A stretch of DNA of 62,706 bases, counting the filler, from Collodictyon triciliatum (Eukaryota), in the NCBI GenBank assembly GCA_043381765.1. It is 5 parts of 5 records of this genome, joined end to end, with 100 filler letters (N's around TTAATTAATTAA, not from the genome) between each part and the next. Parts side by side here need not be neighbours in the genome. Positions count along the whole stretch, not along the records: positions 19,509 to 30,620 come from JBHJMP010000942.1; positions 30,721 to 57,575 come from JBHJMP010000943.1; 3 more parts are not named here. One strand, 5' to 3'. The notes under the pieces were generated by a model. That model was not told the origin of the DNA. It did not search any database and worked only from the letters and a program-made list of their open reading frames with translations. Below are positions 27,771 through 52,720 of the stretch, one piece after another (positions within the stretch are counted from its first letter, which is position 1; the number at the start of each line of letters is the position of its first letter). Both the position numbers and the translations under genes were made by a program.

Positions 27771-27857
27771 ACAATAAATCCTTCCTTTTTTTTTTTTTTA
27801 TTCTTCCTTTCAATTTTGTGCAGGATGGTGAAGATGTTGGACAATAAATCCTTCCTT
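27771..27857 (-). mobile_element. Short poly(A)-tailed retroposed insertion (27788-27840) with a 17-bp target-site duplication
   Basis: ACAATAAATCCTTCCTT occurs at 27771-27787 and 27841-27857, flanking T12-ATTCTTCCTTTCAATTTTGTGCAGGATGGTGAAGATGTTGG. Confidence 0.88.
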
Positions 27858-29243
27858 AATATTCTGTGGTTCTCGATATTTGTATGCCCTTGCATTACCC
27901 ATGAGTTATCATGCCTGCCTGGTAGAGCAATGGTTTTTTCCAATTCCCTCTCCCATACATCGAAGTCTGAAAAAATTAATCTGGAGTTATGCGCTTTTTT
28001 GCTAGAGCTTATGATATTCCCGGCACTGCAAGCAAGGTGCATCGGGGACGTCCAGACCAAGAAGCATTATTAAAGAAGCGTCTTTAAATTGTCTTGATAT
28101 CATTCTTTCATTGACCAGTAGTTTCCCTTCATAGACGCTCGACACGATATGTTTCGTTGACAATAGCAGAAATGCATAGCTAAAGTTTTAATCATTCATG
28201 CAACAAGTGATGTTTCCCAGGCGACGGGGAGGTGACTAGGTCAATATTGTTGCACTGCCCAAATTACTGTCAATTTGCTGTGACCCCCATGCATAAAGAC
28301 TACGAATTAATGAGCTAAGGCTTCTGCAAAAAAATCGCGTCAGCAAATTATTGCGCTAATTTTGAAAGGTAGCCCATTTATTGTTCAATATCAATTTCCT
28401 CTCAACTAACAGAATCTAAATTTTCTAGAAGTTTAATGTCTATCTCGAATATAGATGCTATGCCCACAATTTCGCAGTAGGAGATGTGAATGTGATGTTT
28501 TCAGTATGAAAGGCGAGGATATTTATTTTCCATAAAATATGACCTGTAATTTTATGGATTTATGCTTAATAGATGCGTTTCATGGCTGTGAAGTAACTTT
28601 ATGAACAGCATTCAGTTGTACGTATTGTGTATGGAAAACGATTAACCATTTCAATTTTTGCTGGGAAAGGCTATGTTCTGGTATGCAAGCCATCTGAATT
28701 AGTAGGCAGTTAACCGTTTTTATTTTTGAATTACAGCCATGAATTTAAAATGTAAGAACGAAGCTGATGCTCAGCAGCATATGAGCTTTATGTGAATTGT
28801 ATCTGAAAAAAGGACTTTATCAGCTCATCAATCCTATTATGCTATATGTGACTGCAAAAAATGCAACGGCACTATCCCACCCATGATTAGTGACCTTTTG
28901 CCTATGATATTTTTAAGTGAGATACATACCCTTACATGTCATTCTCTGTCATTTTGATCTCTTTCACCATACCAATTAATATTAATTTTAATTTTTTCTC
29001 TTCAAAAATTGTAGACTTGCAGATATTGGTACCCAAATCTCCTGAAAAATGGAGAAAGAGAGTCAAATATCTAATTTTCGAATCTTTTTTTGTACAATCA
29101 AACTGATGTTGCACAGAGGTCACGTTTTTTATCTATCAGTATTTTATATCATATAGCACATGTGTCACTTATATTTTTCTAAGTATATGGAAAAATATAA
29201 TGACAACATGGTTGACACACCAACGTTCACATCCTGAATAAAC

Positions 29244-29332
29244 TATTCTATCTCAGAGTTTTTTTTTTATTCTTCCTTTCAATTTTGTGCAGGATGGTGA
29301 AGAAGATGTTGGCTTTATTCTATCTCAGAGTT
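29244..29332 (-). mobile_element. Second copy of the same short retroposon (29261-29315) with a different 17-bp target-site duplication
   Basis: TATTCTATCTCAGAGTT occurs at 29244-29260 and 29316-29332, flanking T8-ATTCTTCCTTTCAATTTTGTGCAGGATGGTGAAGAAGATGTTGGCTT. Confidence 0.88.
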
Positions 29333-30163
29333 AAGCATATGCAAAAATCGCATGTGCTTCTCATTTATCTTACTGAAATCATTTTGTGTGTTTTGTAAAC
29401 TGATGATTATTGATTGATAAGTAGGTAGATAGCATTACTCATATTTTTTCGTGCGGTTAATAAATATTACTATTGAAATACACATATATCATATAATTAT
29501 TATCTATCTTCTTCCTTAACTTAATTTCTGCACAATATATAATATTATTGCCTCCGTGTTTTCTTCCCCTTTCTTCGATTCAAAGATTGCCTCTATGTTG
29601 ATTTCAAATTAAAATTATAATAATACAACAAGATTTCTGAATCCCATTTTACATCAGTTACGGAAAGCGAGGTGGACCACTATTTTTTCATTATTACTTA
29701 TGTTCTCGGTCTTTTTATTACAAAATGTTCCATTTGTAAGCATCATAAGTATTTTATTGTTTTTTTTTTNNNNNNNNNNNNNNNNNNNNNNNNNNNNNNN
29801 NNNNNNNNNNNNNNNNNNNNNNNNNNNNNNNNNNNNNNNNNNNNNNNNNNNNNNNNNNNNNNNNNNNNNNNNNNNNNNNNNNNNNNNNNNNNNNNNNNNN
29901 NNNNNNNNNNNNNNNNNNNNNNNNNNNNNNNNNNNNNNNNNNNNNNNNNNNNNNNNNNNNNNNNNNNNNNNNNNNNNNNNNNNNNNNNNNNNNNNNNNNN
30001 NNNNNNNNNNNNNNNNNNNNNNNNNNNNNNNNNNNNNNNNNNNNNNNNNNNNNNNNNNNNNNNNNNNNNNNNNNNNNNNNNNNNNNNNNNNNNNNNNNNN
30101 NNNNNNNNNNNNNNNNNNNNNNNNNNNNNNNNNNNNNNNNNNNNNNNNNNNNNNNNNNNNNNN

Positions 30164-30620
30164 TTCCGGCAGTTATTTAGGTTCTCTTCTGGCTCCCAAG
30201 TATCATCTTCTTCTTTATATCCCATCCATCTTATTAGGTATTCTGTTTTCCCAGATTTTATCCTTTTTCCTAATATCTTTTCAACCTCAAACTCATCACT
30301 ATCTTCCAACTCCTCAACACCTATTCCATCCTCTCTCATCTCTTGTTCTGGATTTCTCTCATATTTCTTTAACAAACTCACATGAAAAACAGGGTGAATT
30401 TTCATCTTCTCTGGCAACTTAAGCTTATACGCTACTTTTGAAACCACTCTTTCTACTTCAAACGGTCCAATAAACCTATTCAATAGCTTCCTAGAATTTG
30501 ACTTAGGCTTTCTTCTTAGATTCTTAGCATCTAACATGACCATATCACCTTCTGTGAATGTTACTTCCTTTCTCTTCCTATTGGCGTAGTGCTCTTGTCT
30601 TTCTTGCGCCTCTTGTATAT
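30164..30620 (-). mobile_element. Ty3/Gypsy chromovirus-type LTR retrotransposon fragment (integrase C-terminal GPY/F region + chromodomain), bounded by gaps
   Basis: Open frame [26 protein letters not shown]...[12 protein letters not shown]...[24 protein letters not shown]...[10 protein letters not shown]...[22 protein letters not shown]. Confidence 0.93.
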
Positions 30621-30720
30621 NNNNNNNNNNNNNNNNNNNNNNNNNNNNNNNNNNNNNNNNNNNNTTAATTAATTAANNNNNNNNNNNNNNNNNNNNNNNN
30701 NNNNNNNNNNNNNNNNNNNN

Positions 30721-30990
30721 TTTTTTTGTTTTTTGTTTTTTGTTTTTTGTTTTTTGTTTTTTGTTTTTTGTTTTTTGTTTTTTGTTTTTTGTTTTTTATT
30801 TTTTATTTTTTGTTTTTTGTTTTTTGTTTTTTGTTTTTTTTGTTTTTTTTGTTTTTTGTTTTTTTGTTTTTTTGTTTTTTTTGTGTTCTTGTGTTTTGGT
30901 TTTTGGTTTTTGGTTTTTGGTTTTTGGTTTTGTTTTTATTGGTTTTATTGGTGTTTTTGTTTTTATTGGTTTTTTTTATTGTTTTTTGTT
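30721..30990. repeat. Degenerate (TTTTTTG)n repeat next to a gap
   Basis: Directly visible. Confidence 0.9.
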
Positions 30991-31144
30991 TATGCCGTTA
31001 ACCAAGCAGCCCAATTGTGGAAACTATATTGAGGCTACAGTTTTCAGAAGCGAATCGGCCTGAGCCACCGACCACTCTAAGCCAGTGAAAATCACGAAAA
31101 AACCGCGACCAGATCGGCACAGCAGCAAAGTCACAGCAGCGGAC

Positions 31145-32509
31145 ATGGTAAGTGTTGGAAAGGACATGTTTCTTGACTTTCCGAATGCATCATACGCGCC
31201 GATCTGGCATCTGAAGCAAAATAGCTATTGTAATAATCATTATAACCATATTGTATACATTTGAATGAAAGAACTCACAAAAAATATACTTCACCCACCC
31301 CAGCACGGACGAAAGAAGGTGCCGATTGATGAGGCAACAAGAGAGGCCAATGCGAAGAAGGCTGAAATATTCCGCACACTTGGACAACAGTGCATCGAGA
31401 AGGTGTGTAAGCAAAAGCCTCTGCCTAGTTTTAACACAGCCTCGTTGGTTTTGTTGCGCACCATCTGCGTCGACGGCGCTTACTTCATTTTGCTTTGGCT
31501 CTTTGTCTGTTGCGCACACTTTTTGCTAGCTCTAAACATGTCCCAATAACTTGACAGTAAAAATAATGACTATATTGATATTGATAATAATAATAATGAT
31601 AATGATAATAAAACATATGTAGAGAAAGCTGAAGGAATACACACCAGAGGCCATGCATGTAGAGTCCTGCGTTTTCTTTGATCATAGCCCAAACTTTAAA
31701 CTTTGTCTCCGTGATTTTTTTAGCATGTCCATACTTTTATATCCAATCTGATCTTTTCACTCCTCGTGATGGTGCTCTCATTTGTGTAATATATTTCATG
31801 ATTACCTGCCCACAACAAAACACGCTGATTGAAGGTCTCTGGCTCCCTCCTGGAACGAAATCCCGATTTCTACACAATGTGGAATTTTCGCAAAGAGTAT
31901 TTCCTTCTATTGGAAGAGTCAAAGTAAGTATCATGGCATTCGATATCTCTAACCGATGTATTATATCCTAAAATGCATCAAAAAATCCTCTCCAGTGGTT
32001 TAATAATATTAAGATATACGATTTTCTTCATGTACCTATTCTAGTTTTTATCTATGTTTTGTTTGCTTTTAAAAAAGAGATAATTTCTTGGTGTTAGCAG
32101 CTTCGGATGATTTTATTGCTAGGAAAATAATTAACGTGTGCTTATTATTTCTCCTGAAAAAAAGTCCTGAGTTGAGAAAGAAGGCATATGTAGATGATAT
32201 GCAGCTTGTTGAAAGAGCTCTAGCTAAGAATCCAAAGTCTTATAATGCTTGGTATCATCGGTTTGTAGTTCTGCATATATCAAAAAGGAAAAATAATTCA
32301 TGTGTATATGTTGCAAAATAGTTATGTTATTATCGATCTTATTCTATCAAAAAAGAAAATGAAAGAAAAGATAGATAATATTGTGGCATTAAAAAAAAAA
32401 ACACGTACACATAGAAAGTGGCTGAATACGAAATACCCTGACGACTGCGATTGGGCCCGTGAATTGTCGCTCTGCAATAAACTACTCGACATGGATAATC
32501 GCAATTGTG

Positions 32510-32542
<33 letters not shown>

Positions 32543-34354
32543 TACTTTTGATTGAATAATCAACCAAAGTGATTTTTTTACCATATGTTTATATTGATTT
32601 CTACTGAATACTTGTAAATGTAGATACGCATACAGGATGCTAAACGCTTTCCTACTTTCTAACACTATACCCTTTAAGTCCATTGCTGGGGCTATCGCCG
32701 GTTCGTTGTTTCAAACTCTAAAGTATCAGACATGGACGAATATCAATACACTTCCAGAAAAATTGACCAAAACTTTTCCAACTACTCGGCATGGCATAAC
32801 CGCAGGTTTTTTTTTTTAATTGTTTACATTAAAGAAGTGCGAAATGAGGTGTGGACTCATTTATGAATTTAATTTTCATTCTCTATTATTAATCTAACGA
32901 AACCGTCATTTCCTCTCCGTTCCTATCCATTTCTTTTTTTCTCTTCCTCACAAATTGTGGATATATGAAGCGTCCTTTTCCCAGCTTTGTTTCGTTCCGA
33001 TGACCCTAAGTTAACTGAGGCGTTAAATGAAGGTTTTTTTTTATTTGAGTCTAATCATACCCGCCAGAAGAAAGAAAATATTAGATTTCATACCGCGTCC
33101 TTTCGTTCTCTCTCGTATCAACAAATGTTGGCTTAAAAGTCAGTGAACATTCCAACTATCGCGCGTGTGCGGTCGTTTTCTTTCACTCTTCCCCAGTCTC
33201 CCAGTTTCTAGCCTTTGGCAAGAATTCAAAGACTTATTTCATGATTTCTCTCACTCTCACAACATCACACGTTGGAAACAACATTATAGAATTCAGCCTC
33301 GTGCGAAAGGCTTTCTACACCGAACCAAGCGACCAAAGTGCATGGCTCTATCATCGTTGGCTTCTTGGGAAAGGTTTTCCTCAACGCCATCAAGATTAGT
33401 TTGAATAACTCGATTTCTTCACTCTTATAGCGGATTCCAATCATTCAAACTAATCCATCGCCCTCGATTTTGCCGCAGCGTGTCTTTTGTTGCCGGATTT
33501 GCCGGGAGAAAAAGGTATTTTCTTTTCTGCTGAGCCCAGACAAATAGTTGGTGATGTATCCTTTCTGTGGGAGTCATGACAGCAATGCTGCGATTAAACA
33601 TCCTTTCACTTAATCGTAACCTGTGCCTTGTGGCCGCAGGTATGTCTTCTTCATTGGAGAGTATCCTTCGGACTGAGCTGGACGCGTGTCGAGAGCTGCT
33701 TGACCTTGAGCCGGAAAGCAAATGTAAGAGTAAAGAAAGGCACCCTGCTCTGTATACGAACCATCATGATTTCCGACGAGCCCTTCCGCGCTTCTTCATG
33801 TGTTGAGTTGTGAAGTTGTGCTCTGTGTAGAGCAAATGAAGCAGACTCTTTGTTCTTTGACCTTGTTTTCGGTTTTCCTTCTTTTACATAATGCACGCAT
33901 GTGTAAATGAAAGAGAAAGAAAAAGAAGAAAAAAAAGAGAAAACTGTTCTGATGCATCGCGTCTTACACACCGGCCGGTATATTCCGATGCTTGGAAACA
34001 GGGACTATGCTTGCGATTGTCAACATTCTGAGCACCCTGAGAGAAAATGCAGAGGAGGTCACCGCGCTCTTGGCAAAGCTTCGGGATGCAGACAAATCAC
34101 ATGCCGCATACTATTCTGACCTTGGTATGGTAATTCTACATACTGATTGCATGTTTTCAGATGGAGTTTAACATATTCTTATGTTCTTTGCGTTGATCTG
34201 AATTTGCTTGAGATAGACAGGAAAATAGAGAAGGAAAAGAAAAAACGACAGATTACTGAATTATTTATTTTCAAATTTTTCTTTTTTTTTCTATTTAATA
34301 TATGAAAATAATTCAAAAGCAGCGAAGCTGGGCCCCTCGCAATCGTCAGAATAA
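31145..34354 (+). CDS. RABGGTA: Rab geranylgeranyltransferase type II alpha subunit (short, Bet4-like form; about 13 exons)
   Basis: ATG|GTAAGT is followed by HGRKKV..., LERNPDFYTMWNFRKE, NPKSYNAWYHR, DNRNFHCWGYRR, NFSNYSAWHNRS, AFYTEPSDQSAWLYHRWLL and ELLDLEPESKW. These are diagnostic prenyltransferase-alpha repeats with the MHGR N-terminus. Confidence 0.93.
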
Positions 34355-34668
34355 AATATGCGCGACTGAGACCCGACAAGGTTTTCGGAAAGTGTTTGAG
34401 TAAATACATTTCAAAAGCTGGTTTCCTGCCTCTTTTTTTATTTTCTCTCGTTGTCTCTTAATCTTTGTTTAGCCGTTTCAAAACTCGTGTGCCTCATGTT
34501 CTAGTACGAAAATGGATTGTTTGATTGCTTGTGACCTCTTGGCTTGTAAGGAGTTCCCTGATGACATGTCAATAAACGAAGCATAGACCAGTTAGGAGTA
34601 TGTGGTATAGCTTATTCTTGCACAGACCCTATGCCGGTCTATCCAAATGAAAATAAAAGAGTATTTAC

Positions 34669-35783
34669 TCAAAAATATCCAGAGATAAATGTGTAAGCCT
34701 TGCGGATGAAGGCAGGGCAGTACGGATGCAGGGTTAAAGCGTTCATGTCCTTTCCAATACCAGCCTTGACGATCTGCGAAGGATTGTGACAGATTAGAAT
34801 CTCGTTATGATACACCACAAAGCAATACTGTCGGGGCTAAATGACAAATAAAGGAAAGGTATTCAAATAAACCAAACGAAATTCATATCGTTAGCTAGGT
34901 TCAGAGTGGGAGAGATTTGCAATACCACATAGTCACGATCAGTCTGGAGTCTCAATTTGATGTAGTTCAAGTACAGTATGGGTCTCCATATTGCCCCAGT
35001 ACTGTCCATGTTTATAAATGGTGATGAGTGTTTGAGAAGATAAAAAAGAATGAAGAAAGGCAAAGGACACGTCATTGACCACGGTTAGAGTTCTGGGCGT
35101 CTCGGTGGGACTCACGCGAACGCCATAAAAACGACATATGGTATGATAAAGAATTCCATGCGAGTGCTCATTTCAATAAAGTCCTTCTGATTTTGCCCAA
35201 CGGATTGATAGAAGTTCTTGATTGTGGCCCTAGATAGCATTACTTATGTGGTGTACGTGACAAACAAAACAAAGAAAAAGCAATCATGACCGCATCTAAA
35301 AAGCATCTTACTCACTACCATTTGTTTCTTTCACTTCGACATGTTACGCTATTTACCTGATTGACTCGGGTGCTTTGGCAAGCAGAATTCCCTCATAAAT
35401 CGGCTTTGTGTGTAAAATCGAGTAAAATATAATCGGAGCGAAGTTCGCTACAAGAGGATTTTTAGTACTGTGTTTACTGATTTCGACAAAAAAAAAGAAA
35501 AAAAACAGATGAGAGGTAAATCGGCAAGAGATGAATAAAGCATTGATGTATGAATGAACCTAGTCCAGGATGGTGTGTAATAAAGAAGATATCATATATC
35601 AGACTAAGGCCTGTCTTGTCCTGGAGTATCTTTTGGAGATATGCCTTGGAGAACTGAGGTGCCTATTGAATATTAGAGGTTTCCGATTTGAGGATAGTCC
35701 CAAAACTATTCGAAAATTACTTCCCGCTAAGCTCGTCTTGCTAGCAGGATTCATATACAGATAAAAGCAAGAGGCTTGATTGC

Positions 35784-35860
<77 letters not shown>

Positions 35861-36164
35861 GGTATGGACAATATTAACTATTCCACAATATATTGTTCTT
35901 GATGGGGGATAGAGAAAGAGCTGTTACAATAATGATGAAAATGATTAAAAGAAAATTGGGATATTGGTTTATGCACCGTCGCAGACTTACACCGTATGTC
36001 ATATATAGCGTGACGCAGAGGGCGGCGATGTGGCCAATGAACCCGAAAAAGTTGCAGTTTGTCTGGAAATCAAAGCCAAACGGGAAGATCGACAGCACGG
36101 AGCAGACAAGAAAGACCGAGTGGCCGGTGACCCAGACACTCTTGAGATTTTCTGACGTGGCCAT
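34669..36164 (-). CDS. TMEM33: TMEM33/Pom33 (UPF0121) ER/nuclear-envelope membrane protein (about 6 exons; 3' end uncertain)
   Basis: VWVTGHSVFLVCSVL...TLYMTYG|APQFSKAYLQKILQDKTGLSLIYDIFF...PIIFYSILH...MEFFIIPYVVF...ILYLNYIKLR...HPYCPAFIRK. The motif order (W..H, P.FS...LQ.LL.D, Y..FL.LR, HP.CP) fits the family. Confidence 0.75.
35786..35857. repeat. (GA)n microsatellite, intronic
   Basis: Directly visible. Confidence 0.95.
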
Positions 36165-36730
36165 CTTCCTTTGCAGAGTCCTGGACAGTCTCAGTCAATC
36201 GAAAAGGACGACGGGAAATAGAGCAGAGGGGCCATGGACCCACGACTAGTGAGTCAGCAACATAGATCTCTGGCTTGGGCCCGCTTCCTGATTGTGCGTT
36301 TGACTCAAACTGTCTGGACTGTGCGCAAATCGCTGTGTTGGTTTTGCGAGACGAATGCTCGATGAGTGAGGCAGAGCAGGAAAAGTCTGATTCATATCAT
36401 CGCCAAAGACTGCAGGAGTTTCTAGATTGTTCCTACCCTTTCTGGAATATATGTTCCGGTTCCCTTTATTTCATTTTTCCGATGGTTTTTTCCCAGCAAA
36501 AATATATATAAAAGTTTGAGAATCCTATCTATCCAGAACAAGCAATCTCTTTGAGACGTGCAAACACACGCGTCCTTATTTTTTTTTCACATGGACAGCA
36601 ACTGCTTTGGTTTGGGGTTTGCTGCTTTATACACAAAGAATCGAGTCCATCAGTTATTCAGGAAAGGAACGATGAAAATCAAAAGGCGGTAAGCTCATGT
36701 TCCCCTCTCTTCTGGTCAAGCTTCAGGTTT

Positions 36731-43361
<6,631 letters not shown>

Positions 43362-43425
43362 TCGACTCCTAGCGTTTTCTTTTTTTTTTTTTTTTTTGAA
43401 GAGCGTATACTTGTGCTCAGCCCAG

Positions 43426-43553
43426 TTTTTGTTCTGTTTTGTTCTGTTTTGTTTTGCTTTGTTTTGTTTTGTTTTGTTTTGTTTTGTTTTGTTTTGTTTT
43501 GTTTTGTTTTGTTTTGTTTTGTTTTGTTTTGTTTTGTTTTGTTTTGTTTTGTT
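43426..43553. repeat. (GTTTT)n tract filling most of the intergenic spacer
   Basis: Directly visible. Confidence 0.95.
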
Positions 43554-43557
43554 TCGT

Positions 43558-50197
<6,640 letters not shown>

Positions 50198-50734
50198 TCC
50201 TACTTTTGAGCTGCAATATACTAGGTTGACTCCACTGCTGCTACATATCTGCCTCTTTTCTTTTCCTTTTTCTTTTTCTCTTTCTTTTTCTTTTCTTTTT
50301 CTTTTCTTTTCTCTTTCTCTTTTTCTTTTTCTTTTTCTCTTTCTTTTTCTTTTTCTCTCTTTTTCTCTTTCTTTCTTTTTCTCTTTCTCTTTTTCTCTTT
50401 CTCTTTATTTTTTGCGATTTGTTAGGGCTGCTAAGGGAATACCGTCGGCAAGATGTGTTTTGAAAAGTGCGGTTTTTCCACATTAGCATCAACGATATCT
50501 CTTCTGGAATATACGTCCGTTTCGTGTGGTCGGCAGCACATCAGGTGGGATGGCAGAAAATTTAATAGAATATCATAAAAAAAAAAAGAAAAAAAAAGGG
50601 ATTTATTCATCAACGTGTGTTTGTTGTCATCAGTCAATCCTTCCGCTCCTGGTTAATGCTCGCTACTCCACCGGTGCTTTCCTCCAACCCGACAAGCTTC
50701 TCCACTGTAACTCCATTTTCATTCACCTTGCTCT

Positions 50735-52520
50735 TCACTCTTTTCGGCCGCCTGAGCTGGTTGGTGTCAGAGGCCTGAACTTTGTCTTTTTTCCGATTGC
50801 TGCTTGGCTCGGGCTCGCAATCGGTAATTCTGCTAGTCTTCTCGAGCCTAGCCATCTTACGGGATTTAGACTTGGACTCGGCAATTGTTTGTGATGGTGT
50901 GATATTTTCTCCTGTTTCGAGCAGTGTGTTTGCTTCTCTGTAATAATGGTCAATAGCGAATCGTGCCTAGATGTGGGTACCAAAGATTTCATAATTTGCA
51001 TCGATAACTGAAGAGCTTTTAAGCTGGTGGTGAAGTAGAGCTTCAAATATCGCTTACATACAAATTCATGCTTGAAATTTATATCTACCTGGAGATAAGA
51101 ATCGGCCAAATCGTCTTGCTTAGACATTCTCTCCAATGTGTTCTTCTCTTCGGACGCTAGAAATCCTATGCATTTATTAATCGACTTTGCCTTTCTTTGT
51201 GTCAAGTTCTTTTCTCTACTCAACCCAAAATAGCGCTTAACTGTTGTCGGGTGAACAGTAACGGTCTATTTTGACGCAGAATTAGAATGGATGATTTATT
51301 CATTTGGTTCCTTCGAATAAAAATAGAGATCTTCAAATTTTGTTTTATGCTCAGTGTGTATACACCAGATACATATGGTGTGTCATATACAAAAAAAAAA
51401 CCCTCTTTGTTCAAGCGCCATATACAAGATATTAGGATTTTAGGTGAGCACAATGAGGATAAAAAAATGCAATTACTTTATTATAGAACATCGCCTGGAT
51501 AGCTGTCTCAATCCTGCACATAACGATAGACATCTGCTTTTCAATTATGATTAAGTCCGCAGTTTGAAACATATCTTTATGCGTCATAGTCATATTTCGT
51601 ACAGCGCCGACAACAGATATATCGATTCTAAGGGTCAGATATTTATTTTTGTGCGGAGTATTCATTAGTGCATGCAAAATAACGAAGAAGACATCTTTAA
51701 TGCTACAGAAAATTTGTAATAAGATATTGTCATGTAAGAACGTTTTAAAATATCAGTATTTAAAAATAGATGATGCATCGGACATTATAGATTTATGAGG
51801 TGATTACTTTCTGGCGCTTTTTGTAATCATCCTCTGTTTCTCTATGATATCTTTGTCTTGATTAAATTCATATTCAGATAGGTCTCCGTTTGGTTTTGAC
51901 CGAAGGTCAAAAAGACCCCACTTGATTATTTCATAGCCCTCTGACTTCATCTGTACAAAAAAAAAAAGAAGATATTTTCTCATTATGAAACATTCAACTT
52001 GAGGTCGTTTGCAACCTATGACTTGAAGAAAGATCAAGTAATTGCATAATAATATTTGCTATTTCTGGCTAGCACTTCTGTTTTCTGTTTGGACTTTCTT
52101 GTTTTTCTTTTCTTTCTTTTTTCTTTTTTTTTCTTTTTCTTTTTCTTTTTCTTTTTCTTTTTCTTTTTTCTTCGGCTTATTTTTAATCCATTTTCATGCC
52201 CTCTAATCCTCAATAAACGCGTATACTGGTATTTGAGTGAACGCAAGAGTAGTTGGTATCTGGTTATAACTTACAAAACAAAAGGCTAGATTCCGCATGC
52301 CCACGTCGATGGACAACACTCGAGCCACGTTAAAACTACATGAAAATATCTTCATCTGAAGGTGACTAAAGGGCTGAAGTGTCCTCAAAGCTTTTCTAAA
52401 AGCCCAAGCGGTTATGTCGCATACGGGTAGTATGATAATGGCAGAGGCGAAAGATGACCTACCGTGAAAAGAATAAACTAAAAAAAAAAAAAAGAGGAAA
52501 GACCTATGAAGCATCCTCAT
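50735..52520 (-). CDS. RuvC-superfamily Holliday junction resolvase (poxvirus A22 / NCLDV / Ydc2-Cce1 type), intron-containing
   Basis: Spliced product: VLSIDVGMRNLAFCF|MKSEGYEIIKWGLFDL...ADLIIIEKQMSIVMCRIETAIQAMFYNK|TVTVHPTTVKRYFGLS...SKQDDLADSYLQ. All catalytic motifs are present (SIDxG.RNLA, IExQ, DDLAD). The start codon and N-terminal exons are uncertain. Confidence 0.85.
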
Positions 52521-52584
52521 CTTTCAAATTTGAACGTGTCTGTCATGCTTCTTCATTAACTTATTAATTCATCGACTATTTGAC

Positions 52585-52720
52585 TATTTATTTATTATTT
52601 ATTATTTATTATTTATTATTTATTATTTATTATTTATTATTTATTATTTATTATTTATTATTTATTATTTATTATTTATTATTTATTATTTATTCATTTA
52701 TCATTTATTTATTCATTTAT
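52585..52720. repeat. (TTATTTA)n heptamer repeat
   Basis: Directly visible. Confidence 0.9.

Noticed and set aside
27767-28060. Minus-strand ORF with SPMHLACSAGN (ankyrin-like) ending in NIFTILHKIERKNKKK
   Set aside because: It has a single weak motif and no splice context, and its 3' end is simply the micro-retroposon read in frame.
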